Source: Mobula hypostoma | Taxonomy: Eukaryota | NCBI RefSeq assembly: GCF_963921235.1 | Contig: NC_086101.1 | Span: 27,962,001 to 28,026,000 of the forward strand | Reading direction: 5' to 3' | DNA: 64,000 bases | Part shown: in pieces, positions 36,625 to 50,220 of the stretch | Numbering within the stretch: position 1 is the first letter of the stretch | Layout of the letters: each line of letters starts with the position of its first letter | Position numbers and translations under genes: made by a program | Notes under the pieces: model-generated | Database searches by the model: none | Seen by the model: the letters and a program-made list of their open reading frames with translations, nothing else | What the model was told of the DNA's origin: nothing

Positions 36625-39600
36625 TTTCTTTTTCAATCTTTTTATTAATTTCAAAATACAGAAACAGAACATAGCCATAATACAAATAGAAGGAGATGTA
36701 AGGTTACACTTAAAAAAATTAATTGCAAAACCAAGTAGTGGAAATTAACAAAGCTCCCAAACATGTGGAACTAACCACGGATAATACAAAATAAAAAAAA
36801 ACTGGAAAAAAAATGAAAAAGAGAAAAAACAAAACAAAAAAAAACCCATCCCCAAAGAAAAACAAAATTAATCAACTAACCTAAAAGACTTGGGCAAAAC
36901 TAACAACTTAAAAATGGAAAAGAAGAAAACCTTAGTGTCGACGACTCCATTCCCCTCCAACAACAGTACAGGGAGATAAAACAAGTTTGGAAATGATCAA
37001 ATTACATCAAATGAAAATGCTGAATAAATGGCCTCCAAGTTTTTTCAAACTTAATAGAAGGGTCATAAACTGCACTTCTAATTTTCTCCAAGTTCAAACA
37101 CACCATAGTTTGTGAAAACCAGTGAAATACAGTAGGAGGGTTGATCTCTTTCCAATTCAACAAAATGGACCTTCTAGCTATTAAAGTAAGAAATGCAATC
37201 ATCCTTCGTGATGAAGAGGTTAAATTATTTAAGTCTTTCATTGGTAGTCCAAAGATAGCAGTAATTGGATGAGGTTGTAAGTCTATATTCAGGACCGTTG
37301 AAATAATATCGAAAATATCTTTCCAATATTTCTCCAACAAGGGACATGACCAGAACATGTGGGTTAAAGAAGCTATCTCGGAATGACATCTGTCACATAT
37401 TGGATTAATATAAGAGTAATAACGAGATAGTTTATCTTTGGACATATGAGCCCTGTGCAGTACTTTAAACTGTATCAATCTATGCTTAGCACATACAGAA
37501 GATGAATTCACCAACTGAAGAATTTCTTCCCATTTTTCAGTCGGTATAATAATCTCAAGTTCTCTTTCCCAGTCAGCTTTGCTTTTATTAGAAGCATCAG
37601 GACATAGATTCATAATTATATTATATATAATTGCTACTACACTTTTCTGAGAGAGATTTAAATCTAAGATTTTTTCCAAAGTGTCCATTGGATATGGATG
37701 TGGAAAATTAGGAGAGACAGTAATTAAAAAGTTTCTAATCTGTAGATGTCTAAAAAAGTGAGATCTGAGTAAGTTATATTTATTAGAGAGTTGATCAAAA
37801 GACATAAAACAGTTATCCAAGAATAAATCGCGAAAAGATATTATACCTTTGGTTTTCCAATCAAAGTAACCTTGATCCATCGTAGAAGGTTGAAAAAGAA
37901 AATTTGATATAATAGGACTTGCTAGAATAAATTGATTAAACCCAAAAAATCTTCGGAATTGAAACCATATACGTAAAGTATGCTTAACTATTGGGTTGTT
38001 CATTTGTTTATATGATTTAAAAGAAGTAAAAGGAAGTAAAGTTCCTAAAACCGAACCCAAGGAGAACCCTTGTAATGAATTAGATTCAAGATTTACCCAA
38101 TGAGGGTTTAAAGATGCGTCCAAATCTTGTAACCAGAATTTTAAATATCGAATATTAATTGCCCAATAATAGAATCTAAAATTCGGGAGGGCGAGCCCCC
38201 CCTCCTTTTTAGATTTCTGTAGGTACCTTTTACCTAACCTAGGATTTTTATTCTGCCAAATATAAGAGGAAATTTTTGAATCTACGTTATCAAAAAAAGA
38301 TTTTGGGATAAAAATCGGAACCGATTGGAATATATACAAAAATTTAGGCAAAATGATCATCTTAATAGCATTAATCTGACCAATCAAAGACAAAGAGATT
38401 GGGGACCATTTGGTAAATAAAAGTTTAATCTGATCAATTAAAGGTAAAAAAATTAGCTTTAAATAAATCTTTATACTTTTTCGTAATTGTTATCCCTAAA
38501 TATATAAATGAATCAGTAACCAATTTAAATGGTAAACGTCCATAAATAGGTACATGCTTATTTAAAGGGAATAATTCACTCTTACTAAGATTCAATTTAT
38601 AACCAGAGAAGTTACTAAATTGAGCTAACAGATCTAGGATAGCAGGAATTGACTTCTCCGGGTTAGAGATGTATAACAACAAATCATCTGCATATAATGA
38701 TAATTTATGTATTTCATTTCCACGGGTAATACCAACAATATTTGGGGACTCACGAATAGCAATTGCTAAAGGTTCAAGGGCAATATTAAATAGTAAAGGA
38801 CTAAGAGGGCAACCTTGCCTAGTACCACGAAAAAGAGGGAAAAAAGGAGATCTATAATTATTTGTACAAACCGAGGCTACCGGGGAGTAATATAACAATT
38901 TAATCCAAGATATAAATGTCAAATTAAAATTAAGTTTCTCAAGAACATTAAATAAATAAGGCTATTCAACTCTGTCAAAGGCTTTCTCGGCATCTAATGA
39001 GATAATACATTCCGGGGTAGTAAATGAGGGGGTATAAACAATATTCATTAACCTCCTAATATTAAAGGATGAATAGCGATTTTTAATAAATCCGGTTTGA
39101 TCCATAGAAATAATTTGAGGTAACACCTTCTCCAGTCTAGTTGCTAGAATTTTTGAAAAAATTTTAGAGTCTACATTCAGAAGAGATATCGGTCTGTATG
39201 ATGCACAGTCAGTAGGATCTTTATTCTTTTTAAGAATTTAGGAAATAGAGGCTTCATAAAACGATTGTGGTAATTTACCTAAGCTGATTGCTTCCTTGAA
39301 TATTCTAGACAACTTAGAAGAAAGAATGGAGGAAAAAAATTTTTTAAATTCCACTGTAAACCCATCCGGACCGCGTGCTTTACCGGAATTCAATGATGAG
39401 ATTGCAGTTATTATTTCTTCCTCTGAAATGGAAGTTTCTAATGATAGGCAATCTTCGGGTGATAGTTTCGGAAAACTCAATTTACTTAAAAAATCATGCA
39501 TGAGATTAGAATCATGAGGAAAATCAGAGTGATATAAAGAGGTATAAAATTCTTGAAAGGTTTGGTTTATCCCAACATGATCAACTGTGAAAGTATCATC

Positions 39601-40600
39601 CTGTTTACGAATCTTAGTAATTTGACGTTTAGCCGAATCAAATTTCAATTGTTTAGCCAGTAATTTACCCGATTTATCACTATGAATATAAAAATCACTT
39701 CTAGTTCTCATTAATTGATTTTCAATCGAGGATGTTAATAATAAGCAACATACATCAAAGTTGCTGGTGAACGCAGCAGGCCAGGCAGCATCTATAGGAA
39801 GAGGCGCAGTCGACGTTTCAGGCCGAGACCCTTCGTCAGGACTAACTGAAGGAAGAGTGAGAAAGGGATTTGAAAGTGGGAGGGGGAGAGGGAGATGCAA
39901 AATGATAGGAGAAGACAGGAGGCGGAGGGATAGAGCCGAGAGCTGGACAGGTGATTGGCAAAAGGGATATGAGAGGATCATGGGACAGGAGGTCACCCCC
40001 CACCTTGTCTTTCTCCCCGGACCTCCTGTCCCATGATCCTCTCGTATCCCCTTTTGCCTATCACCTGTCCAGCTCTTGGCTCTATCCCTCCCCCTCCTGT
40101 CTTCTCCTATCATTTTGCATCTCCCCCTCCCCCTCCAACTTTCAAATCCCTTACTCACTCTTCCTTCAGTTAGTCCTGACGAAGGGTCTCCGCCTGAAAG
40201 GTCGACTGCACCTCTTCCTACAGATGCTGCCTGGCCTGCTGCGTTCACCAGCAACTTTGATGTGTGTTGCTTGAATTTCCAGCATCTGCAGAATTCCTGT
40301 TGTTTATGTTAATAATAAGCTATGTTCTAATTGGAGTTCAACTCCGTGTTTGTACAGCTCCTTACTGGGAGAAATAGCATATTTTTTATCGACTTCATTA
40401 ATTTTATCAACCAACAGAAGTATTTCATTGTTAATACGTCTTTTCAAACCAGCCGAATAGGAAATAATTTGACCACGGATATAAGCTTTAAAGGCGTCCC
40501 AAACAGTTCCGTTGGAAACTTCTTCCGTAGTATTAGTTGAAAAGAAGAAATCAATCTGCTCCTTTACAAATTTGACAAAGTCCTGATCACTGCTAATGGC
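36625..40600 (-). mobile_element. L1 LINE, 5'-truncated ORF2 (frameshifted), interrupted by Penelope; ends approximate
   Basis: ORFs 37002-38393, 38434-38922 (GTRQGCPLSP, LYADD) and 40304-40600; SLTHMFWSC; A-rich 3' end on the minus strand. Confidence 0.9.
39747..40305. mobile_element. Penelope-like inverted terminal pair inside L1 ORF2
   Basis: Inverted structure; 15-bp duplication ATGTTAATAATAAGC (39732-39746, 40306-40320). Confidence 0.88.
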
Positions 40601-41272
40601 TCCATAATCTCTTCCGTTTCCTTTTTCAGAATTTAACACGAGAAAATCTGCAGATAGTATGCTGCTTTTTCATAACGGAATTGCTTTTTAGATGCATCCC
40701 GTGCATTGTTAAAAGCTTCCGAATACTCTAGCTTTCCATTATTTTTTGCTATATTTTATGCCCTCTCTTTTGGTTTTGTGCTGTCTTTGTCTTCCCCTTG
40801 CCAGTCGCGGGTAAGTCACCCGCCCTTTAAAATACTACTTCTTTGGGATGAACTGACGCGGTATCTTCCGAGTTACTCCCGGAATCTCCAGCCATTGCTG
40901 CTCTACCGTCATCCCTGCTAGTGTCCGCTTCCAAACAACTTTGGCCAGCTCTTTTCTCACGTCTTTCTCATATCTTTACTCGGTTGCGATACCGATGCAT
41001 CCAATTTTAGCTTCGTGCCCGTGATATACAGGGCTGCGTATTCTTTTCGGCTGCTTTGCTCCCGCGCGTTCGCAGTTCCAGACCGTGATGCAGCCAGTCG
41101 GTACACTTTCAACAGGTAATGTATGTGGAAGTTTATTCGGTGACAAGCCGAACAGGTCATCGCTGCGAGTAAGTTTTACATTGCGCTTGTGCATAAATAC
41201 GCGTGAATATTTGGCAAGAAATACATCGGGTGTTCGAGCCTCTGACTGGGAAACTTCTTCAGCGCTCTTTTA

Positions 41273-41315
41273 CCCGGAGACTGGTGACACGCCACTTGGC
41301 GACGTTTCTGATTGG
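41273..41315 (+). promoter_or_regulatory. MHC-type X1-X2-Y promoter module of gene B
   Basis: CCCGGAGACTGGTGACACGCC identical to gene A; CTGATTGG starts 35 bp after X1; ISRE position degenerate (AGTTACACTTG, 41330-41340). Confidence 0.75.
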
Positions 41316-41358
41316 ATACAAACCTCAGTAGTTACACTTGACCATCTGGGTCCCAGAT

Positions 41359-41431
41359 ATGGAGCGGACGAGTTCTCGCAGAGTGGTGGGGCTGATAGTG
41401 TTGGCCTTCCTGTGCGACGCCGCCTCCGCAG
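41359..41431 (+). CDS. Non-classical MHC class I gene B, exon 1 (signal peptide)
   Basis: MERTSSRRVVGLIVLAFLCDAASA, phase-1 donor G|GTGGGT; in frame with the alpha1 exon. Confidence 0.87.
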
Positions 41432-42114
41432 GTGGGTGACAGGGTGGGAGGGTTTCAGAGGCTGAGCAAAGTGTTTCCCTCCGACAGCGAGGGGGGGAGT
41501 TAGGATTGTCATGCTAGGGTGAATGACAGGGGGTCCGAACGGAGACGAGCTGACCATCGAAATGGAGCTTGAAACCGGAGCGTGCGTGGGGAAGAGAGAT
41601 GGGGAGAGGGAGTGGAGAAGGTCAGTGGACCAGTGTGTGTATGTCTGTATGTGTTTTCTTGTTCTAATTATGTTCTTTTTGCATAATCTGTGTGTGGGTG
41701 TGTGTGTGTATGTATATGTATATATATGTTTTTCTTGTGAAGCTTGCGTCTCGGATGCTATATGCCCGTGATGCTGCTGGAACTAAGTTTGTCACTGCAA
41801 CTGAGCTCACCCGTACTTGTGCGGATGAAAATAAACTCAACTTTCACTTTAACATCAGCGGACAGAGGGCCCTGACTGGCTCTTTCATTCTAATGAACAT
41901 ATTCCAACTCAAAACTTCATCCTCGCAACACTCTGAGACAGGTAACACACAACCTACTTCTGATTGGACACCAGCCCCCCACCCCTATCAGTTACAGCAA
42001 CTTGTTACTTCCACTTCACGTCGAGAGGGGAGGGTGTCGGTGGTGAGGGGCTTGAGGATGAGGGTATGTGTGTGAGCGTGCTTGTGTATTTGTGTATAGA
42101 AACATTGTAATATA

Positions 42115-44130
42115 GAAAACCTACAGCACAACACAGGCTCTTCGGCCCACAAAGTTGTGCCGACCATGTCCCTACCTTAGAAATTACAAGGCTTACCTAT
42201 AGCCCTCTATTTTTCTAAGCTCCATGTACCTATCCAAAAGTTTCTTAAAAGACCCTATCGTATCCGCCTCCACCACCATTGCTGGCAGCCCATTCCACGC
42301 ACTCAGCATTCTCTGCATAAAAAAACTTACCCCTGATATCTCCTCTGTACCTACTCCCCAGCACCTTAAACCTGTGCCCTCTTGTGGCAACCATTTCAAC
42401 CCTGGGGAAAAGCCTCTTACGATCCACACGATCAATACCTCTCATCCTATACAACTCTATCAGGTCACTTCTCATCCTCTGTCGTTCCAAGGAGAAAAGG
42501 CCAAGTTCACTCAACCTATTCTCATATGGCATGCTCCCCAATCCAGGCAACATCCTTGTAGATCTCCTCTGCACCCTTTCTATGGCTTCCACATCCTTCC
42601 TGCGGTGAGGCGACCAGAACTGAGCACAGTACTGCAAGTGGGGTCTGACCAGGGTCCTATATAACTGCAACATTACCTCTTGGCTCATAAATTCGATTCC
42701 ACGATTGATGAAGGCCAATACACTGTATGCCTTCTTAACCACAGCGTCAACCTGCGCAACTGCTTTGAACGTCCTATGGACTCGGACCCCAAGATCCCTC
42801 TGATCCTCCACACTGCCAAGAGTCTTACCATTCATACCATATTCTGCCATCAAATTTGACCTGCCAAAATGAACCACTTCACACTTATCTGGGTTGAACT
42901 CCATCTGCCACTTCTCAGCCCAGTTTTGCATCCTATCAATGTCCCGCTGTAACCTTTGACAGCCCTCCACACTATCCACAATACTTCCAGCCTTTGTGTC
43001 ATCAGCAAACTTACCAACCCATCCCTCTACTTCCTCATCCAGGTCATTTATAAAAATCACGAAGAGTAAGGGTCCCAGAACAGATCCCTGAGGCACACCA
43101 CTGGTCACCGACGTCCATGCAAAATATGACCCGTCTACAACCACTCTTTGCCTTCCGTGGGCAAGCCAATTCTGGATCCAGAAAGCAATGTCCCCTTGGA
43201 TCCCATGCCTCCTTACTTTCTCAGTAAGCCTTGTATGGGGTACCTTATCAAATGCCTTGCTGAAATCCATATACACTACAGCTACTGCTCTACCATCATC
43301 AATGTGTTTAGTCACATCCTCAAAAAATTCAATCAGGCTCGTAAGGCATGACCTGCCCTTGACAAAGCCATGCTGACTATCCTTAATCATATTATACCTC
43401 TCCAAATGTTCATAAATCCTGCCTCTCAGGATCTTCTCTATCAACTTACCAAGCACTGAAGTAAGACTCAGTGGTCTATAATTTCCTGGGCTATCCCTAC
43501 TCCCTTTCTTGAATAAAGGAACAACATCCACAACCCTCCAATCCTCTGGAACCTCTCCCGTCCCCATTGATGATGCAAAGATTATCGCCAGAGGCTCAGC
43601 AATCTCCTCCCTTGCCTCCCACAGTAGCCTGGGGCACATCTCATTCGGTCCCAGTGACTTATACAACTTGATGCTTTCCAAAAGCTCCAGCACATCCTCT
43701 TTCTTAATATCTACATGCTCAAGCTTTTCAGTCCACTGCAAGTCATCACTGCAATCACCAAGATCCTTTTCCACAGTGAATACTGAAGCAAAGTATTCAG
43801 TAAGTACCTCTGCTATTTCTTCCGGTTCCATACGCACTTTCTCACTGTCACACTTGATAGGTCCTGTTCTTTCACATCTTATCCTCTTGCTCTTCACATA
43901 CTTGTAGAATGCCTTGGGGTTTCCCTTAATCCTGCCCACCAAGGCTTTCTCATGGCTCCTTCTGGCTCTCCCAATTTCCTTCTTAAGCTCCTTCCTGTTA
44001 GCCTTATAATCTTCTAGATCTCTAAATCTCTGAACCTTTTGTTAGCTTTTCTTTTCTTCTTGACTAGATTTATTCCAGCCTTTGTACATCATGGTGCCTG
44101 TACCCCACCATAACTTCCCTGTCTAATTGG
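42115..44130 (-). mobile_element. CR1 LINE, 5'-truncated, RT largely open (ORF 42245-43942), in gene B intron 1; ends approximate
   Basis: QHGFVKGRSCLT, GVPQGSVLGP, KFADDTK. Confidence 0.92.
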
Positions 44131-44475
44131 AACGGGAATATGTGTGACAATCTGTGTGTTGAGCGTGTGCGTGCGCATCCCGACCTACAGCAACCTCTGT
44201 GAAGACCAACGTCGGATAAGGCTGTGTCGTTGCCCCAGTGACATGTTCCTTATTGTGACGTTACGTCTCGTCTCCAACAAACTGACCACTGGAGCAAAGG
44301 GCTTCAGACGGGACCACGGAAATCATCGACTACTTCCCTGTGTTAGGAGGCTGACAGCAGACGGGGATAATGGAACCCAGTAAGGAACCGGCCTGTGACT
44401 TTGTCTCTGCATTGTATCGGCTGCGATAGGTTACCTTGTTTTGTGCCCTGATTTTCCCCTCTCTCTTTGTTTCAG

Positions 44476-44730
44476 AATCTCACTCTCTCCGAATTCTCCT
44501 GACGTCCACGACTGAGATTCTGGATTTTCCACAGTTAGTGGCTGTCACTAATGTGGATAGTGTCCAGTTTGTGGTTTACGACAGTAAGCGGAAGTTGGTT
44601 CCCCAGGAGCAGTGGATGGTGAAGAGCGAGGGGGCCGAATGGCATAAGAAGTTGTCACTTGCTGAGGAGTGGGAGAGGACCCAGAAAAAACTTATTCTCT
44701 TCATAATGTCTTTGACCAATCAGTTGGGTG
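44476..44730 (+). CDS. Gene B exon 2 (alpha1 domain)
   Basis: TTTGTTTCAG acceptor, G|GTGAGT donor, 255 bp; ESHSLRILLT...FPQLVAVTNVDSVQFVVYDS...QWM...LTNQLG. Confidence 0.92.
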
Positions 44731-45764
44731 GTGAGTCCCTATCTGACTAGTTTAATTTCAGCGTGACTTTTATAAATTGGGGTTGAATCTTTGCATCAAG
44801 TCAGTCAACACATGTTTCCCAGTGATTAGATTTAAGTGAGTGGCTGGTCAGTGCTTCAAACGTGGCGGAGTGACGGGCAAGAATTGAACCTGCAGACAAC
44901 TTGGTTTTAATTTCAAAATTAACTTTTATTCATAAAATTATTCAGAGTGAGCACAATGCCCATCAGTACATTCACCGTGTTATCCAGTTAATGAGGCACC
45001 AATGCCACTCATGGTGGTCTATTTGAACCAAGTGTTGTGAGACTCTCTCATAGGACACAGGCCCTTAGGTTACACGTGTCCCCTCCCCCAAAAAATTATG
45101 GGGTGACTAATATTGAATGTCAGGATATGTACTTCTATAAGTATTCAGAATGGAAGTGACAAATATCTGGAATTCTCCCTCAGCAGCAGAGTGACACCAC
45201 AAGTAGAGGTAATTTACTGAGATTCTAGAAGTAAAAGAGCAAAAGGCTAACCAAGGACAGGATAGTCCCTTTTAGGTTCGGTGTGGTCATCATTCTGAAG
45301 TGCCACGGGAGATGGCCAAGGTGCTAAATGAATATTTTTCATCTGTATTTGCGGAGAATGTTTTGGAAGTTAATGAGTGAAGGGAAATGAGCAGAAGAGG
45401 ATTGATAAGGGGAGGGTGGTAGATGTTGTCAACATGTATTTTAAATTTAAAAGTTCAAACTACATTTATTATCAAAGTACATGTACATTATCATACGTCC
45501 TTGGAAGTAAGTCTACAGTTTGTGGGAAGAGTTCAGTGATGGGGCGAGTGAAGCTGAGTGAAGTTATCCCCTCTTGCTCAAGAACCTGATGGCTGAGGGG
45601 TAATAACTGTTTCTAAACATAGTGTTTTGGGTCCTGAAGCTCCAGACCAATGTTCCCTCTAATTTTTAGTAGTCAGTGTACGCAAAAATCTTATGTTGTG
45701 CAAATCTTTTTCCTGTGACAAAAGTATGTGCGCACTGAATGCACACATGGGACAGTTTATTTAA

Positions 45765-47775
45765 AAATGTAAACACGACGAACTCTGAAGATGCTGGAAA
45801 TTCAAGCAACACACATCAAAGTTGCTGGTGAACACAGCAGGCCAGGTAACATCTCTAGGAAGAGGTACAGTCGACGTTTCGGGCTGAGACCCTTCGTCAG
45901 GACTAACTGAAGGAAGATCTAGCAAGAGACTTGAAAATGGGAGGGAGAGGGGGAGATCCAAAATGATAGGAGAAGACAGGAGGGGGAGGGATGGAGCCAA
46001 GAGCTGGACAGGTGATTGGCAAAATGGATATGAGAGGATCATGGGACAGGAGGCCCAGGGAGAAGGAAAAGGGGGGAGGGGGGGAAAAACCCAGAGGATG
46101 GGTAAGGGGTATAGTCAGAGGGATAGAGGGAGAAAAAGGAGAGAAAGAAAAGAATGTGTGTATATAAATAAATAACGGATGGGGTACGAGGGGGAGGTGG
46201 GGTATTAGCGGAAGTTTGAGAAGTCAACGTTCATGCCATCAGGTTGGAGGCTACCCAAACGGAATATAAGGTGCTGTTCCTCCAACCTGAGTGTGGCTTC
46301 TCTTTACAGTAGAGGAGGCCATGGATAGACATGTCAGAATGGGAATGACATGTGGAATTAAAATGTGTGGCCACTGGGAGATCCTGCTTTCTCACCCTGC
46401 CCTCAAGTTTACCTGGTCCATTTCCGACACCTCCCTCCCCTTTCTAGATCTTTCTGTCTCTGTCTCTGGAGACAGCTTATCTACTGATGTCTACTATAAG
46501 CCTACTGACTCTCACAGCTATCTGGACTACTCCTCTTCTCACCCTGTCTCTTGCAAAAATGCAATCCCCTTCTCGCAATTCCTCCGTCTCTGCCGCATCT
46601 GCTCTCAGGATGAGGCTTTTCATTCCAGGACGAGGGAGATGTCCTCCTTTTTTAAAGAAAGGGGCTTCCCCTCCTCCACCATCAACTCTGCTCTCAAACG
46701 CATCTCCCCCATTTCACGCACATCTGCTCTCACTCCATCCTCCCGTCACCCCACTAGGAATAGGGTTCCCCTGGTCCTCACCTACCAACCCACCAGCCTC
46801 TGGGTCCAACATATTATTCTCCATAACTTCCGCCACCTCCAACGGGACCCCACCACTAAGCACATCTTTCCCTCCCCCCTCTCTCTGCTTTCCGCAGGGA
46901 TCGCTCCCTACATGACTCACTTGTCCATTCGTCCCCCCTATCCCTCCCCACTGATCTCCCTCCTGGCACTTATCCTTGTAAGCGGAACAAGTGCTACACA
47001 TGCCCTTACACTTCCTCCCTCACCACCATTCAGGGCCCCAAACAGTCCTTCCAGGTGAGGCGACACTTCACCTGTGAGTCAGCTGGGGTGATATACTGCA
47101 TCCGGTGCTCCGATGTGGCCTTCTATATATTGGTGAGACCCGACGCAGACTGGGAGATCGTATTGCTGAACACCTACGTTCTGTCTGCCAGAGAAAGCAG
47201 GATCTCCCAGTAGCCACACATTTTAATTCTACATCCCATTCCCATTCTGATATGTCTGTCCACGGCCTCCTCTACTGTCAAGATGAAGCCACACTCAGGT
47301 TGGAGGAACAACACCTTATATTCCGTCTGGGTAGCCTCCAACCTGATGGCATGAATATTGACTTCTCTAACTTCCACTAATGCCCCACCTCCCCCTCATA
47401 ACCCATCCGTTATTTATTTATATACACAAATTCTTTCTCTCTCTCTCCTTTTTCTCCCTCTGTCCCTCTCACTATACCCCTTGCCCATCCTCTGGGCTTT
47501 TCCCCCCTCCCCCTTTTCCTTCTCCCTGGGCCTCCTGTCCCATGATCCTCTGATATCCCTTTTGCCAATCACTTGTCCAGCTCTTGGCTTTATCCCACCC
47601 TCTCCTGTCTTCTCCTATCATTTTGAATCTCCCCCTCCCCCTCCCACTTTCAAATCTCTTACTAGCTCTTCCTTCAGTTAGTCCTGACGAAGGGTCTTGG
47701 CCCGCAACGTCGACTGCACCTCTTCCTAGAGATGCTGCCTGGCCTGCTGCGTTCACCAGCAACTTTGATGTGTGT
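45765..47775. mobile_element. Penelope-like element: inverted terminus plus + strand RT C-terminus and GIY-YIG
   Basis: HPALKFTWSIS...; intact GIY-YIG ORF 47105-47380 (LYIGETRRRLGDRIAEHL). Confidence 0.88.
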
Positions 47776-47862
47776 TGGTGGGATAGTTTATGTAGGTTTA
47801 CAAAATACTTGACATAAAAGTGCACAGAATAACAACAAAATAACATACATATTTAAGTCACA

Positions 47863-48338
47863 CACACAAAAAATGCTGGTGAACACAGCAGGCCAGGCAG
47901 CATCTATAGGAAGAGGTACATTTGACGTTTCGGGCCGAGACCCTTCGTCAGGACTAACTGAAAGAAGAGATAGTAAGAGATTTGAAAGTGGGATGGGGAG
48001 GGGGAGATCCAAAATGATAGGAGAAGACAGGAAGGGGAGGGAATGAAGCTAAGAGCTGGGAAGTTGATCGGCAAAAGGGATACGAGGCTGGAGAAGGGAG
48101 AGGATCATGGGATGGGAGGCCTAGGGAGAAAGAAAGGGAGAGAGGGGAAGCCCAGAGGATGGGCAAGGAGTTATAGTGAGAGGGACAGAGGGAGGAAAAA
48201 GAGAGAAAAAAAGGGAAAGAAAAAAAAAATCATAATAATAAATAAATAAGGGATGGGGTACGAACGGGCGGAGGGGCATTAACGGAGGTTAAAGAAGTCA
48301 ATGTTCATGCCATCAAGTTGGAAATATTTAATTTTTAT
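47863..48338 (-). mobile_element. Penelope-like terminal fragment
   Basis: Same terminus family; 15-bp duplication CATATTTAAGTCACA (47848-47862, 48339-48353). Confidence 0.75.
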
Positions 48339-49595
48339 CATATTTAAGTCACAGTTATTTTTTTCTCTCTCCTGTCTTTGGCATTTACCCATTCCTTGTA
48401 AACTCTATCGCGACTAATAGAACTTCCATCGCATTGATAGCTTTTGATGCTCATTAACATATCAAATGACATTCACCTAAATGGTTTCTCAGTTTGTTTT
48501 TGAGTTGATTCATTAGGCTAAAACCTCACTCACAGTCTGCACTCGACGCGAGAAAGGTTCCCCCAATGTCCATCAACTGTGCAAGGTCGCAAAACTGTTC
48601 ATTTTGAAGTACAAATGCCACCATCTGAGAAAAGTTTGAAATCGGTTTGGATTTAATTTTTTCTTGCACAGAAAATTTGAAATCATTAAACTGTCTAACT
48701 ATTACAATATTTTCAGCTAGAAAATCATGATATTTTAGACATAAGACAATAGCTTGTTCATCGCCAAATGTAAAGTCAGAATCTGCAATTGCGGAGAGAT
48801 CAAAAGCTGACCATTCTTGTACCTCAATTTTGATCTCCTCTGGGTTTGATCGTTTTCGCTCTCGCTCATCTGCGCTCAACCATAACATGCGTAGCACTCC
48901 TGTAACAGGTAATGACAGGTTCTGTTGCCTGAGCTTTTGTACACCGTCCAAATGCGATTTACTTGCCAAGTGACGCTTCAAAAAGTCAAGTTTCCAAATA
49001 TCATCCCACTTCTTCCCACTAGCAAGTTCTCCAGCAACTTTCGCATCACGACAATACAAACATAACTCCAGTTTCCGAATCATACATAAATATTTCTCGT
49101 AGCTGAACGTTCGTGACCTCATGAGCTTTTGGTGTAACAGTTTCTACTATTTTGTTAAGCCATTCAACTTTAAACAAATTTGCAGTTGTTTTGTGCTTCA
49201 CGCCCTTCACTTCTTTTGAATTCGAAATAGTGAATCAATATTTTTTCCAATAAAAACTTAGTAAGCTATCTACAGGATTTGAAACAGATCTTTGTAAACT
49301 TTTCGATATGAACACTGTCCGTCAAAGATGGCTGCCGCCGTGATGCAGCTGTACAAACCGGAACAGGAAAGGTGAGGTGACGTAAATTAGTGACGTGCAT
49401 TGTGGTATTTGAAAAACCAACTAACTAGGTAACAGAAACAGTTAGCTAAAAGATTAGTTTCAATAAGTATAATTATTAATTACTACATTATTTTAGGTAA
49501 GTAACCTTTTGTGCGTGCATTAATTTCCTTTGTGCGCTGGTTGAAAAACGTGTGTGCACACACACACACAGCTTAGAGGGAACTATGCTCCAGAC

Positions 49596-50220
49596 CCTTC
49601 TTCCCAATTGCAGCAGCAAGAAGAGAGCATGGCTGGTTGGGCTGTGGGAGGTTTCTTGATGATGGGTGCTGCTTTCCTACAAGAACAGTCTGTGTAGATG
49701 TGCTCATTTGCGGGGAGGGCTTTACCCATGAGGGACTGGCCCATATCCACTACTCTTTGTAAGACTTTCCATTCAAGGGCATTGGTGTTTCCATACCAGG
49801 CCATAATGCAGCCAGTCAATATACTCTCCACCATACATTTATAGAAGTTTTTTAAAGTTTTAGATTTTATGCCGAATCTTCACAAACTTCTAAGTGTGCT
49901 TTCTTCATAATTACACATACTTGCTGGGCCCAAGACAGATCCTATGAAATGATAACACTGAGGAATTTAAAGTTGTTGGCCCTCTCCTTCCGGTCCCCCG
50001 GTGAGGACGGGCTCATGGACCTGCAGTTTCCTCCTCCTGACGTCAATAATCAGCTCTTTGGTCTCGCTGACACTGAGTGACAGGTTATTGTTGTGGCACC
50101 GCTCAGCCAGATCTTCAGCCTCATCCTATATGCTGACTCATCACCACCTCCAATCTGGCCAGTGACTGTGGTGTCACCAGCAAACTTAAATCATGGCTTT
50201 GGAGCTGTGTTTAGCCTCCC
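49596..50220 (-). mobile_element. Rex1/Babar-like LINE fragment (host of the hAT insertion)
   Basis: VESILTGCIMAWYGNTNALEWKVLQRVV. Confidence 0.75.

Larger units (their letters stand above)
45648..49587 (-). mobile_element. hAT element with transposase remnant (48526-49122), carrying two Penelope insertions
   Basis: CAATGTTCCCTCTAA ... TTAGAGGGAACTATG ends; perfect 8-bp TSD CTCCAGAC (45640-45647, 49588-49595). Confidence 0.88.

Noticed and set aside
40600-41245. Full-length L1 5' end or ORF1 abutting gene B's promoter
   Set aside because: The sequence translates to CR1 and Rex fragments, not L1 ORF1; the L1 is 5'-truncated at about 40600.
44144-44383. Nearby ORF or ATG (MFLIVTLRLV..., ATGGAACCCA|GTAAGG) as gene B's leader
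   Set aside because: Poor signal peptide. The exon at 41359-41431 is hydrophobic, homologous to gene A's leader, in phase, and follows the conserved promoter module.
48526-49122. Host (domesticated) zinc-finger gene
   Set aside because: Lies within hAT TIRs with an 8-bp TSD and is internally deleted; it is a transposase remnant.
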